DNA of 64,000 nt from the IMG/VR virus record IMGVR_UViG_3300030419_003589, positions 1-64,000 of that record; one strand, written 5' to 3'. The translations under genes and the position numbers were made by a program. The notes beneath the pieces are model-generated. The model did no database searches, was not told where the DNA came from, and worked only from the letters and a program-made list of their open reading frames with translations. The DNA comes from a virus. Of this stretch, positions 17,774-28,200 are shown one piece after another (positions within the stretch are counted from its first letter, which is position 1; every line of letters starts with the position of its first letter).

Positions 17774-20700
17774 ATGTCTAAATTCGTACTGACTGCACAG
17801 CTAAAACTACAGGCACCAACTAATACTAGACAAGTTATAAACCAAATGCGGGGACAGCTCCAAGGGCTGAACGTCCCCGTTCAGGTTACTGGTGCCAGTT
17901 CAGCTACAAAGCAGATAAATAAAGTTACAGCCGCTACCAAACAGGCAGCAGGCGCAGCTGATAGTATGGGTAGATCTTTTGGTCTAGCCCTGAAGAGATT
18001 TGCTGCGTTTACTGTTGCTAGTAGGGCTGTTAGTTTAGTTACCAATACGCTAGCCAATGCGGTCGATGAAGCTATAGACTTCCAGAGAGAGCTTGTTAAG
18101 ATCTCTCAGGTTACCGGAAAAAGCATGAGGGAGCTTAAGGGTCTCAATAAGGAGATCACGAACCTTTCTAAAAGCTTAGGTACCTCCTCTAAAGAATTGC
18201 TTGGAGCCACAAGAATCTTGGCACAAGCCGGTATTCAGGCAAATGACTTAAAAATAGCTCTAGATGCCTTAGCGAAGACCACTCTTGCCCCCACCTTTGA
18301 AGATATCAATAAAACCGCTGAAGGTGCTGTTGCTATCTTGGCCCAGTTTGGTCAGGGCGTTGGTAAACTTAAAGAGCAACTTGGTGCTATCAATGCTGTC
18401 GCTGGACAGTTTGCTGTTGAATCCGGTGACCTTATTGGTGCTATTCGTCGTACTGGTGGTGTATTTAAAGCTGCCGGTGGTGACCTCAATGAGTTCTTAG
18501 GTCTCTTTACATCTATTCGTGCTACGACTCGTGAAAGCGCAGAGTCTATCGCTACTGGTTTGCGTACTATTCTTACGCGTATTCAAAGACCAGCTACCAT
18601 TCAATACCTAAAGGAATTAGGTGTTACTCTTACAGATGTCAATGGTAGATTTGTTGGCCCATTTGAGGCTGTAAAAAGACTCAGCAAAGCTCTTGCTGAT
18701 GTCCCTGCTGGTGATCTTAAATTTGTTCAGATAGCAGAACAGCTTGGTGGTTTCCGTCAGATTGGTAAAGTTATTCCTCTTTTGCAAGAGTTTGAAACTG
18801 CTGAAAGAGCTAGACAGGCTGCCGTTGCTGGTGCTGGTAGCTTAGATAAGGATGCTGCCAGTGCGCAACAGGCTTTAGCCGTTCAAATACAAAAGACCAA
18901 AGAAGAGTTTCTTGGCTTCGTCCGTAGTCTCACTGAGACCTCGTCTTTCCAAATAATGGTGAAGACCACTCTTAACTTGGCGAATGCTTTCCTTCAAGTT
19001 GCCGAAGCATTAAAACCATTGATTCCTTTGATTGGCGCTTTTGCCGCATTCAAGTTCGCTGGAGGTTTAGCCTCGTTTGGTAAGGGTGCTGCTAGCGCGT
19101 TTAGAGGCGTACAAGGTAAAGCTGAAGGCGGTAGGGTAATGGCTTTCGCCAGAGGCGGAATAGTTCCGGGTACTGGCAACAGAGATACCGTACCCGCAAT
19201 GCTTCAGCCGGGAGAATTTGTAATACGCAAGAGCAGCGTTAAAAAGCTTGGTGCTGAACGACTTGCAGGCATGAACAAATATGCCGCTGGTGGACAGGTA
19301 TCTGCCTTTGACTCTTCAAAGGGGTATGTAAAATATGAAGATGAAACCTTCTATAAAGGTAAAGGCAAGAAATTCAACACGGCCCCAGTCAGAGGTTCTG
19401 GAGCCACCAGATTCAATGAAGACGACTCGTTCTCAGTAGACCTACAAAAAAGACAAATTAATCTTAACCAGTATAAAAAGAGAATAGAGGCAGACAAAGG
19501 TCTGACAGCAAAATTCAAGAAATACCAAAAGCTAGCCGGTGAGAGAAAACACCAAGCAAGAGGCTTGGCATTTGAAGGCTTGCTGGATTCCCTCGGTATA
19601 GCGAAAACCGCCGGTGGTAGCTCAAGAATGGATGCTATGGATGGCAACAAACTGGTAGAAATCAAGAGTTATGAGAAACAATCAGCAGCGAAGTTAGAAA
19701 AGAATATTGGTGATAAGATGATCGGGGCGGCTCTCAGCCCCATGAGTAGTATCGACAGAAAAGTTGTGCCCAAGCTGACCGAAGCTAGACTAACTGACGC
19801 GGCCAATAAATTTGATTTAGGTCAAGCATGGTTATACCAAGACATAACACCTACTGAGTTAACTGCTGCCTCGAAGAAAGCAGTGGGTAAAAATAAGAAA
19901 TTAGCTAAAGCCCTCGATAAAAAGGGTAGACTCAGAATTGGCAAATTTGCTGCTGGCGGTATTGTTGGCACCACGAAGGTCGGTGCCGCTATTTTAGATC
20001 CAGATGAGCCAGAAAAGAGCAAGCTAGATCTTGGAAATATTAGTCAAGCAGACGTTAAGAACAATAGAAAATTAAAAGCAGATAGGTTAGCACAAAAGAA
20101 CCTCAGTCAATTCTTCAATGGTAGAAAATACTCGCTTACTAGGAAGGGGTTAAATCAGAAAACCTCTGATAGCTTTAAGAAGAACCTTCTCGATGGAATG
20201 GCTGTGGGGCTAGATCATGCTACGGCGGCACTTGGTGCAGACCTTGGTATAGGTGCTCAAAAATTAGACGACGCTTCTAAGCAAGAGTTTATTGGTTACA
20301 TGGCGAAGCGCGGAGCGCCAATGGGTAATGCGTTTGAGGCGGCGGTTTCTGTTTTAGATGGTAAGGGTAAATTTGTAGCAGATCAAGTCAGCGCTCCATT
20401 TGATTTTCCCGGAGGCATTAGTGGCGGCCTAGCTGACAACTTCTCTGGCCTCCCCGGATCTTGGGTTGACGCCAAGACTAGCTATAGAGAAGCGAGCAAG
20501 GCTAACTTTAGGACCAAAGTTGCGAATCAAATTGCCGATGAATTCTACGCTAGTGGCTTGGCCTCACCTAAAAAGAAAGCTGCCAAGGGAGGCTCTATAT
20601 CTGGCAAAGATACTGTCCCAGCACTTCTTACCCCCGGTGAATTTGTAGTTAATAAAAAATCCGCTCAGAGTATTGGCTACGCGAGTCTTAACCGAATGAA

Positions 20701-23700
20701 CAAAAAAGGCGTTGCTGGATTTAACGCCGGTGGCGCAGTTGGTGTTCAGAAGTTCGCAGCAGGCGGGGGTGTCGGCGGCGGTGGTATGGGCGGCTTGGCC
20801 AACCTCGCTATTGTCTCAGGAGTGGTATCTACTGCGTTAGGCAATTTGGGAGATAAGTCTGAGAAAGCTACCGACGCTCAGTTTAAGATGGGTGTTATTG
20901 GAGAAAAGGCTGGCCAACTCTTGATGGTACTTCCCCTAATAGCCATTGGGATGCTCAAGGCTGATAAAGCAATTAAAGCGTGGACAAATAAAACAAACGA
21001 AGCAACAAAGGCCGCTGAAAACAACGCCAAGTCAGCAGGGGGTGGCGGTGATGAAGATCAGGACGCAGCAGGTACTAAGGCGGGGGCTAAGGGGGCTAAA
21101 ACAGAAGCTGAAGAGCAGAAACCTTCCGCCGCAGGCAAAACAAAAGCCGCAGCAGCAGCTGATGCTGAGTTACAGAAAAACGCTAAGAAGGAAGCCAAAG
21201 CGGAGAAAAAAGTTGAAAACGCAACTCAGCAGAAAAAGAAATCTGAAGAAGCATTTAAAGCTGCACAAGCGGAGGAGAAAGCCGGGGAAAAGGCTGTTAC
21301 TGCTCAAAGGGATGAGGTCACTCAAAGGAATCTCACCGCTGATGAGAAAAAGAAAGATCTTAAGAAAGCCAAAGAAGTACAAGAAGACGCTCATAGTGTA
21401 AGAAGCCATGACAAGAAAAATGTTAAAAAAGCACAACAGGAAGAAAAAGCAGCGCATCAAGAAACCGAATCGCTTAGATCGCGTCAGGTAGCAGCCGATA
21501 AAGAGAGTTTGGCAGCGAAGGGGCAGCAGGCGGGGGCGAGAATCCGAGAGCAAGAAACCGCGCAAAAGGTGCAGCAAGATCAGGGCAAACTAAACCAAGA
21601 AAAGAATAATCTTTCGCAGAAAGAAGCGAGCACCGCGAAGAAGAATCAGAAGATAGACTCGCAGCTTGAGACGAACCAGAGAAGACAAGCCGCAGCAAAA
21701 GATCGGTTCATGTCAGATAAGAAGGAGGGCAAGGATGTTAGTGGTCAAGAAAAAACAATTCGCAAGCTTGAGGCCGAAGAAAAAAGATTAAAGAATGCAA
21801 GAGCTAAAAATACAAAGGCTACCCAAGATCAAAAGAAAAAGACGCTTGACGCAGCTAAAGCCCTAAGAAAATCAAAGGCAGACCAACGATCTGCAACTAA
21901 AGGCGTAAAATGGGCCAATGATCGTGCTCGTGACGCTGCTAAAACTCAAACTCAGCTTGGGCAAGCGTTTTCTAACAATAGTAAACGTATCAAAAAAGCT
22001 GAAATAAGTAGAGTCAGTGCCACCAGCAAGTTGGTTGTATCCAACCAAAATATGGTTAAAGCAGACCTAGCAGCACAAAGGGCTAAGAAGGCGAGTGAAA
22101 AAGCTACTAGAAAACAAAATGGAGCACAAAGGAGACTTGGTCAACTTCAAGAGAAGCAGAGAAGCTTATTTGACAGAGTAACGAACGCAGGGAAGCGGCT
22201 TGTTACATCTCACAGGATACTGGAGGGCAAACAGAAGAATCTAGCCAGAGCACAGAAACAGACCGGTCTTAGTGCTGCAATATCGGCCAACCACCAAATG
22301 AAAGCGAACGGAGGCCTTATCAGATCCAACCAGAGGCTTGTCCGAAGCAGAAGAACGCTGAATAAGAGCGCGAGAAGACTTGGCCGAAATATTGTCAGAG
22401 CCAGCGCTTGGACTAATAAGTGGGTGATGGGCATGGGGAATGCTAATCGCGTGACGGCGAAAACAACTTCATGGATAGGCCGAAAGTTCGTTAATGGCAT
22501 TAGACGTGCTGATATCGCAATGAGAAAACTCAGCAAAAATATCGACCGCACGAGAAGATCGGCGGATCGGGCCGGTCCGGGAATGATGAGGCGAATGGGC
22601 GGTGGAATGATGCGTATGGGTAGTGCGCTCGGTGGAATAGGCATGATGGCTGGTATGACCGCTCAAGCCATCTCTTCTGGACTTTCAGAAATAGCACAAA
22701 GAAGATCTGACCAAGCTGTCGGCAGTGGTAATGTCAGAGGGGCAGCAGGTAATGCTCGCGCCGCAGCTATGTCCGAAGGTATGGGACGCATGTTTACCTT
22801 GGGTGGCATTATGGAATTAGTGTCGGGCGGGTCAAAGAGGTTCATGGCGGGTGTAGCCCAAGATGTACAAAACAGAGGAGCGATGGCGGCGGGAGAAGCT
22901 GCACGAACGAGAAGCGAAGGTCTCTTTGAGGCCGTAGATGAGGGTAGAGCTACTCAAGACGATATTGGTACGCAGATTGGTCAAATTTCTCGACAGGCAA
23001 TTGCCGAAATTGATAGTGAAACAAAGAGTGGTTTCAAAGCTGACGAGAAAACGCGAAGACAAGCAATGGCCAACTTAAAAGAAAGTGAAAAGAAATACGT
23101 AGAAGGGCTTGGTAAAACAAAGGGCTCTTTGGAAGAGTTGATGGCGGGCATAGATAAGCTTGGAGGCGGAACCGCTTACTCTAGAGAGCAGCTTGTAAGA
23201 CTCGCCATGCAGAGTTTTAAGCTGGCAGAAGCACAAAGGGCGCTAGCAAAGGCGCAGTTTGATAATCTTAAAGTAATGTCTGCGTTTAACAGAGCGGGTC
23301 TAGCTGTTAATAAATTCCTTAACTCATTAAATACGGGATCATCCACTTTAGCTGATTCTATTGCTACCGTAGAGGCAGCTGCTACAAACATGGGCATGGG
23401 AGGAGAGGGAGCAAAAGCCCTAGAAGACATAAGACAACGAGTGCTTAATGCCGCAGCCGGTGGAGACGAAACAACCGCTCAAGGTAAGGCTATAAATCGC
23501 CAATTCGCTAGAGCCAACGTCGCCAACGAGTTCATGAGTTCCATACAGAGCAGGATAAGCAATCTTGATATTAACACCGGAAGTGAAGAGGCGGCAAAAC
23601 AAAGGTTAGAAACTGCTCTACTGGCCGGTGTCACAGACGCAGATGTTAGAGCTGCTATTCAGGGTCAGATCGCCTCAATGGGCGATATCAGAGGTAAGGA

Positions 23701-25204
23701 CGCTAGCGCGCTAATAACACAGATAACCGCTGGCCTAGGCCCACTAAGAGAGGGGGCTATGAAGGCGGCGACGGCGTTGCTGAAACATGAGCAAACCATT
23801 CTTAAGCTAACCCAACGAAGAAGACAGACTGAACTTCAATACATAGCGGTACAAAGACAGGTAATTGATGCGCAATTACAGTTTGCCAAAACGTTTGAGG
23901 AGTTTGGTGGTTCTAAACTAACTTCAGACCAAAAATTATCTGCCAATTTAGCCAAGTTTAATCTTGGGGCTAGAGACGCTGGTGTACGAGAGTTAAGAAC
24001 CGGCAGCGTAGCTGACATACAGAGTGTGGCAGCCAGTATTCAGACCAGAATGAATCAACAGCAGATTGACAGGCAAACCGGTCAGTTCAGAGACGTTGAA
24101 GGTCTTGACAAAGACAGAATTAAGGAAACCAATGCTAGTATTAAAGACTTGGTTGGATTTATCAACCAACAAATTCAGGCGACCAGAGAACAGATAGCTG
24201 TTATTGAAAAGAGAAATGCATTAGAGCAATCTTCTATTGACGCGCTACTCGCTGGTGACATAGCTGGATTTATAGATCAGCAGGGTGCAGCCGGAGCTGC
24301 GGCAGCATTGAGATCTGGTGACGCTGAAATGGCGTCGTTATTTAGCCCGCAGGCTATGGGGCAAGCTCTTAAACAATTAAGGGAAGAGGGGGCTGACTCC
24401 GCAACCCTGCAAAGAGCTGGCGAGATTGCCGCAAGTTCTGTTGGGCTAGATGATAGAGCTGGACAAGTTCTTACGGGCACAACACAAGAACTGAACGATC
24501 TAAGAAATCAAGGACAAGCACTTGCAGCCGTTGGGGGCCAAGTTTCCCAACTAATGGCAGAGAGCGCTAAAATGGAAGTAGCAAGCGCAGAAATGGCAAT
24601 CGAAAACGCCAACGTAGTATTTAAAGAGACAATGGAAAGAGCTGGCAGAACACAAGAAAGAGCAGATGCTGGCCTAGGACTTGCAAGAGGGGGAATGGTA
24701 TATGCAAGCAGAGGAATCTTTGTGCCAAGAGGTACCGATACCGTTCCAGCTATGTTAACTCCGGGAGAATTCGTCGTAAATAGAGCTGCGGTGCATCGTG
24801 GAAATAACTTGCAGATCCTGAGAGCTATGAATGGCAATGGTGCCACAGTTGGTGCTGGTCCAGCAGGAGCCGCTAATATGTCCGGAGGGGGACAGGTGGG
24901 ATACTATCAGTTTGGGGAATTAGTTAGAGGCATGGGAAGTATATTTGGTGAAAGCCTTCCAAACCTAAAAGCTATTTTTGATGGATTCTCCTCCGCTGTG
25001 GCGAACCTGTCCAATCTTGAACTTGGCGTTACGGTCACGAAGCCTATAGATGTAAACGTAAGACTCCTTAACGACAACATACTAAAAGTTATAGACGACA
25101 GAATTGCACAGGCAGTATTAGAAGGAGTTGCCGAAGAAGCTCCAAAATGGAAGACAAATCAGTCGGGTGGTACTCAAAGATCTGAAGCGATCATACCAAA
25201 ATAA
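17774..25204 (+). CDS. Tape measure protein (2476 aa) with inserted cargo modules
   Basis: TP901-type core (AVDEAIDFQRELVKISQVTG...INAVAGQFAVESGDL...ESAESIATGLRTILTRI); hydrophobic segments; Ala/Gln/Lys coiled-coil; three DTVPAxLxPGEFV boxes. Confidence 0.92.
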   Translation: MSKFVLTAQLKLQAPTNTRQVINQMRGQLQGLNVPVQVTGASSATKQINKVTAATKQAAGAADSMGRSFGLALKRFAAFTVASRAVSLVTNTLANAVDEAIDFQRELVKISQVTGKSMRELKGLNKEITNLSKSLGTSSKELLGATRILAQAGIQANDLKIALDALAKTTLAPTFEDINKTAEGAVAILAQFGQGVGKLKEQLGAINAVAGQFAVESGDLIGAIRRTGGVFKAAGGDLNEFLGLFTSIRATTRESAESIATGLRTILTRIQRPATIQYLKELGVTLTDVNGRFVGPFEAVKRLSKALADVPAGDLKFVQIAEQLGGFRQIGKVIPLLQEFETAERARQAAVAGAGSLDKDAASAQQALAVQIQKTKEEFLGFVRSLTETSSFQIMVKTTLNLANAFLQVAEALKPLIPLIGAFAAFKFAGGLASFGKGAASAFRGVQGKAEGGRVMAFARGGIVPGTGNRDTVPAMLQPGEFVIRKSSVKKLGAERLAGMNKYAAGGQVSAFDSSKGYVKYEDETFYKGKGKKFNTAPVRGSGATRFNEDDSFSVDLQKRQINLNQYKKRIEADKGLTAKFKKYQKLAGERKHQARGLAFEGLLDSLGIAKTAGGSSRMDAMDGNKLVEIKSYEKQSAAKLEKNIGDKMIGAALSPMSSIDRKVVPKLTEARLTDAANKFDLGQAWLYQDITPTELTAASKKAVGKNKKLAKALDKKGRLRIGKFAAGGIVGTTKVGAAILDPDEPEKSKLDLGNISQADVKNNRKLKADRLAQKNLSQFFNGRKYSLTRKGLNQKTSDSFKKNLLDGMAVGLDHATAALGADLGIGAQKLDDASKQEFIGYMAKRGAPMGNAFEAAVSVLDGKGKFVADQVSAPFDFPGGISGGLADNFSGLPGSWVDAKTSYREASKANFRTKVANQIADEFYASGLASPKKKAAKGGSISGKDTVPALLTPGEFVVNKKSAQSIGYASLNRMNKKGVAGFNAGGAVGVQKFAAGGGVGGGGMGGLANLAIVSGVVSTALGNLGDKSEKATDAQFKMGVIGEKAGQLLMVLPLIAIGMLKADKAIKAWTNKTNEATKAAENNAKSAGGGGDEDQDAAGTKAGAKGAKTEAEEQKPSAAGKTKAAAAADAELQKNAKKEAKAEKKVENATQQKKKSEEAFKAAQAEEKAGEKAVTAQRDEVTQRNLTADEKKKDLKKAKEVQEDAHSVRSHDKKNVKKAQQEEKAAHQETESLRSRQVAADKESLAAKGQQAGARIREQETAQKVQQDQGKLNQEKNNLSQKEASTAKKNQKIDSQLETNQRRQAAAKDRFMSDKKEGKDVSGQEKTIRKLEAEEKRLKNARAKNTKATQDQKKKTLDAAKALRKSKADQRSATKGVKWANDRARDAAKTQTQLGQAFSNNSKRIKKAEISRVSATSKLVVSNQNMVKADLAAQRAKKASEKATRKQNGAQRRLGQLQEKQRSLFDRVTNAGKRLVTSHRILEGKQKNLARAQKQTGLSAAISANHQMKANGGLIRSNQRLVRSRRTLNKSARRLGRNIVRASAWTNKWVMGMGNANRVTAKTTSWIGRKFVNGIRRADIAMRKLSKNIDRTRRSADRAGPGMMRRMGGGMMRMGSALGGIGMMAGMTAQAISSGLSEIAQRRSDQAVGSGNVRGAAGNARAAAMSEGMGRMFTLGGIMELVSGGSKRFMAGVAQDVQNRGAMAAGEAARTRSEGLFEAVDEGRATQDDIGTQIGQISRQAIAEIDSETKSGFKADEKTRRQAMANLKESEKKYVEGLGKTKGSLEELMAGIDKLGGGTAYSREQLVRLAMQSFKLAEAQRALAKAQFDNLKVMSAFNRAGLAVNKFLNSLNTGSSTLADSIATVEAAATNMGMGGEGAKALEDIRQRVLNAAAGGDETTAQGKAINRQFARANVANEFMSSIQSRISNLDINTGSEEAAKQRLETALLAGVTDADVRAAIQGQIASMGDIRGKDASALITQITAGLGPLREGAMKAATALLKHEQTILKLTQRRRQTELQYIAVQRQVIDAQLQFAKTFEEFGGSKLTSDQKLSANLAKFNLGARDAGVRELRTGSVADIQSVAASIQTRMNQQQIDRQTGQFRDVEGLDKDRIKETNASIKDLVGFINQQIQATREQIAVIEKRNALEQSSIDALLAGDIAGFIDQQGAAGAAAALRSGDAEMASLFSPQAMGQALKQLREEGADSATLQRAGEIAASSVGLDDRAGQVLTGTTQELNDLRNQGQALAAVGGQVSQLMAESAKMEVASAEMAIENANVVFKETMERAGRTQERADAGLGLARGGMVYASRGIFVPRGTDTVPAMLTPGEFVVNRAAVHRGNNLQILRAMNGNGATVGAGPAGAANMSGGGQVGYYQFGELVRGMGSIFGESLPNLKAIFDGFSSAVANLSNLELGVTVTKPIDVNVRLLNDNILKVIDDRIAQAVLEGVAEEAPKWKTNQSGGTQRSEAIIPK

Positions 25205-25224
25205 AAGGACTCTAAGGACAAGAA

Positions 25225-28200
25225 ATGTCTAAACCACACGTTAAAAACTTACAATGTTTATGCGTAAAGGACGCTTCGGCAAAAAGCGTCTCTGCGGCTG
25301 GCGGTGTGTTTAAAGCCAAGATTAGGGGAATCTCTAATTTTAGAAGCTCCAAGAGTTATGGCTATGGCAAAATATCATCAATAAAAACAATCTCTAATAA
25401 AGAGTTTAGGTATCGTGTAAAACCCCCTGCCGGTACTCAACTGGCGATTGATAGTGAGGGTCCGACATACAGAATATATGTTATACCTAATCAAGAATGG
25501 GAAATCACCCCTCCTAGAACTGGCGATAGTGTCACTCTAAAAGACTCCTTAAACAACAGCTATACATATACCGTACAAAAATATCACGGCGTATACACTG
25601 AATCAAATGGCGTTAAAGTAAGCGCACTCGACATTGACGGGTATCTTGGTAGCCCTAAGCCCGAAGACATATGCGGCTCAGAGGTTGGCTATACCTGTAT
25701 TGGAACCTTGGACTATACGGTTCACTCCAATCCCATCGCAAATTGGTGTCGTGGTCTTAATTCTACGCTTTCTAATCAAGGCTTTATTCATAAAAGCAAA
25801 CTCAGCGGAGGTGTTTACTTTAGGAACTTTGAAGGTCTTTCCGGCATTGGTGTAATTCATAGTGGGGTCTTGACCGCACAATATAGCCTAAGAGAGAAGC
25901 TAGAAAAAGAAGCCCATCTCAATCCAACATTCCTAGACAAATTAGCCGGTAATTTTAATGAGTTTGGCTGCTCACAAAAGCTCTATCCAAATAAAGACCT
26001 AGCTCTTGATAGCGGAAGAGATCGCTTCACAGGCCCATCAAGAGAGTCTGGAAATCTTTATACGTTTATAGATGACGGCGTAATAATTGGCAATGACTAT
26101 CATAAACACCTTGGTCAAGGCAGTGTTGTTTCTGATGATAGTGGCACTTGGATAACACCAAGTAGTATTCATACGGAAGGTCTATTCCAATATAAAAGTG
26201 AAGTAACAAACTTCCATATCAGACCTGACGACACTAGATTCAGGATGAGAGCCTCAGCTCCCATGAATAACTATGAATCTAAGATTGCCCCACTGTACAC
26301 AATTGAAAACATTACCTTCTCCGACCCATCCGGAAATGTAATGATTCGTTATGAGAGTATGGATATTCTCGGAGACGTAGATTACAGCAATCCAAAGACC
26401 TTTGTTAACTATGCAACGTACTCTTTTAAGCCAGTTTCCAACACATTCGATGAGTATGACTGGCAACGCAGAACAGAACCATACACACACAACATTACCG
26501 GATATCAACTATCTTTTGATGTCAGAGTAACACCTAGAGATGACGCATTTGACACAGGGTTTAGCGATGGCTTTGAAGAAGATTATGTCCTACATGACAC
26601 CTATCATCACGGTGATGACTATTTAGCTCTTGATGGATCTCCGTTATCAACTCAAGATCAAACCCTAATTAATCCCACCAAAGGGCTAAGAATTTCCGCT
26701 GTAGAAATTTGCAATAGCGGCGGGAACTGGTTGAGCACTTCTACTGGACCAAGACGAGAAGACTATTTTCAGCTATTTTTAGATGTCCCCGCCAACGGCA
26801 GAAGATTAGAGAAGAAGATTTTGCCCTCCTTCTTTGCTTTAGCTGATACACATAATAGCGGTATCTTCCCAGCAGTTAGTAGTATTTGGTACCACAAGAA
26901 TAAGCCAATGTGGGACGCAAGCGCTAGCCTACTTGGTAATAACTTAGATACATGTGGCTCTGAGCAGATCGTTAAAGCGCTGCAAACTGAGACTACCCTA
27001 GACTACGCAGAGCTTCATAGCACCGGCCCTCACTTTGATTCCGGTAAAATGATAATGAAGTTTGGTTATGGTCATGGGGCTATAAGCGAAATACAACAGG
27101 GTGCATTTGGATGTGCATTTGACCAGAGCACTTGTTCTGGTTGGTATCATCCTAGTGGAGCTTTTAATTCAGAGATTAAAAATCCCGCTGGATTTGATAA
27201 TAATTATTTGGTGGTGGAATCAATTACCTTAAAGGTTAAAGCTAAGAAAGCAACTGATTCCCGTGATTATGTTTTAGACGTAGTTGGCTGGAGTGACGAT
27301 AAGTTATTAAACGTAACAAAGGCTCCTAGCGGATTCCTGCAAGAACCTGCTCGTATTCATGTAAATTCAGATGTCATTACCAGCGAGGGCGTGCACCCAT
27401 CTATTTCTGGCTATTGGGATAATGACGATGATCTAGCCCTGTCTACCAGAAGTCTCTCTGAAAAGGAAAAATACCTAGAAACAAGCGGCAACTTAGGTGG
27501 AGATCATTATTCCCTAACAAGGTATCCAGTAGTTACCACCACCGAGTTTGCAGACTATGAGATACCATTAAAAATATACCAAGATGACGTAGAGGTTGGG
27601 CTCTCTAGAAATTATAATGTAAGTGCCATGTTAGAGCACTTGTATTTAGACATATATCCCTTGCCTAGCGGAGCGGCTATCGCCAGCGCCCACTTATTGG
27701 TTAGATATGCCCCGCAGGTGGCATTGCAACTTGGTGTGCAGGGTGGAGAATGTTACAATACAATAACAGACGAGAGATCTGAAGGTAAGTTATTCCCGAC
27801 AACTAGACAGTCTAATGATGCCATTCTAAATGCAGGCTCCGGATACGGGCCAATATCCACTATAAGCAATATCCCCCATACTTACAGTACCCCTTCTAGT
27901 ATAAGAACAAACTACGCAAGAAGATGGAAGGGTGCTAATGGTGTGTCTAGAGGGCCGTTTGATCCAGATATGTTTAGCTTCGGCTTTGAAAATCCACATG
28001 TAGACTCTCCGTTTATATCTGGACATTACACGTTTGATCATATAGCAGGAAGTCACTTTAAGCCTAGGGATATGGGCTTTGGTGATAACGGTATTGATGT
28101 AAATCTGTTTGGAGCAGTTTCTGAAGCATCAGACACGCATAAGAATGTCGGCTGGAGGTTCGCTAGTGGAAACTTGTTTACCAATGAGCTACCCGGATAT

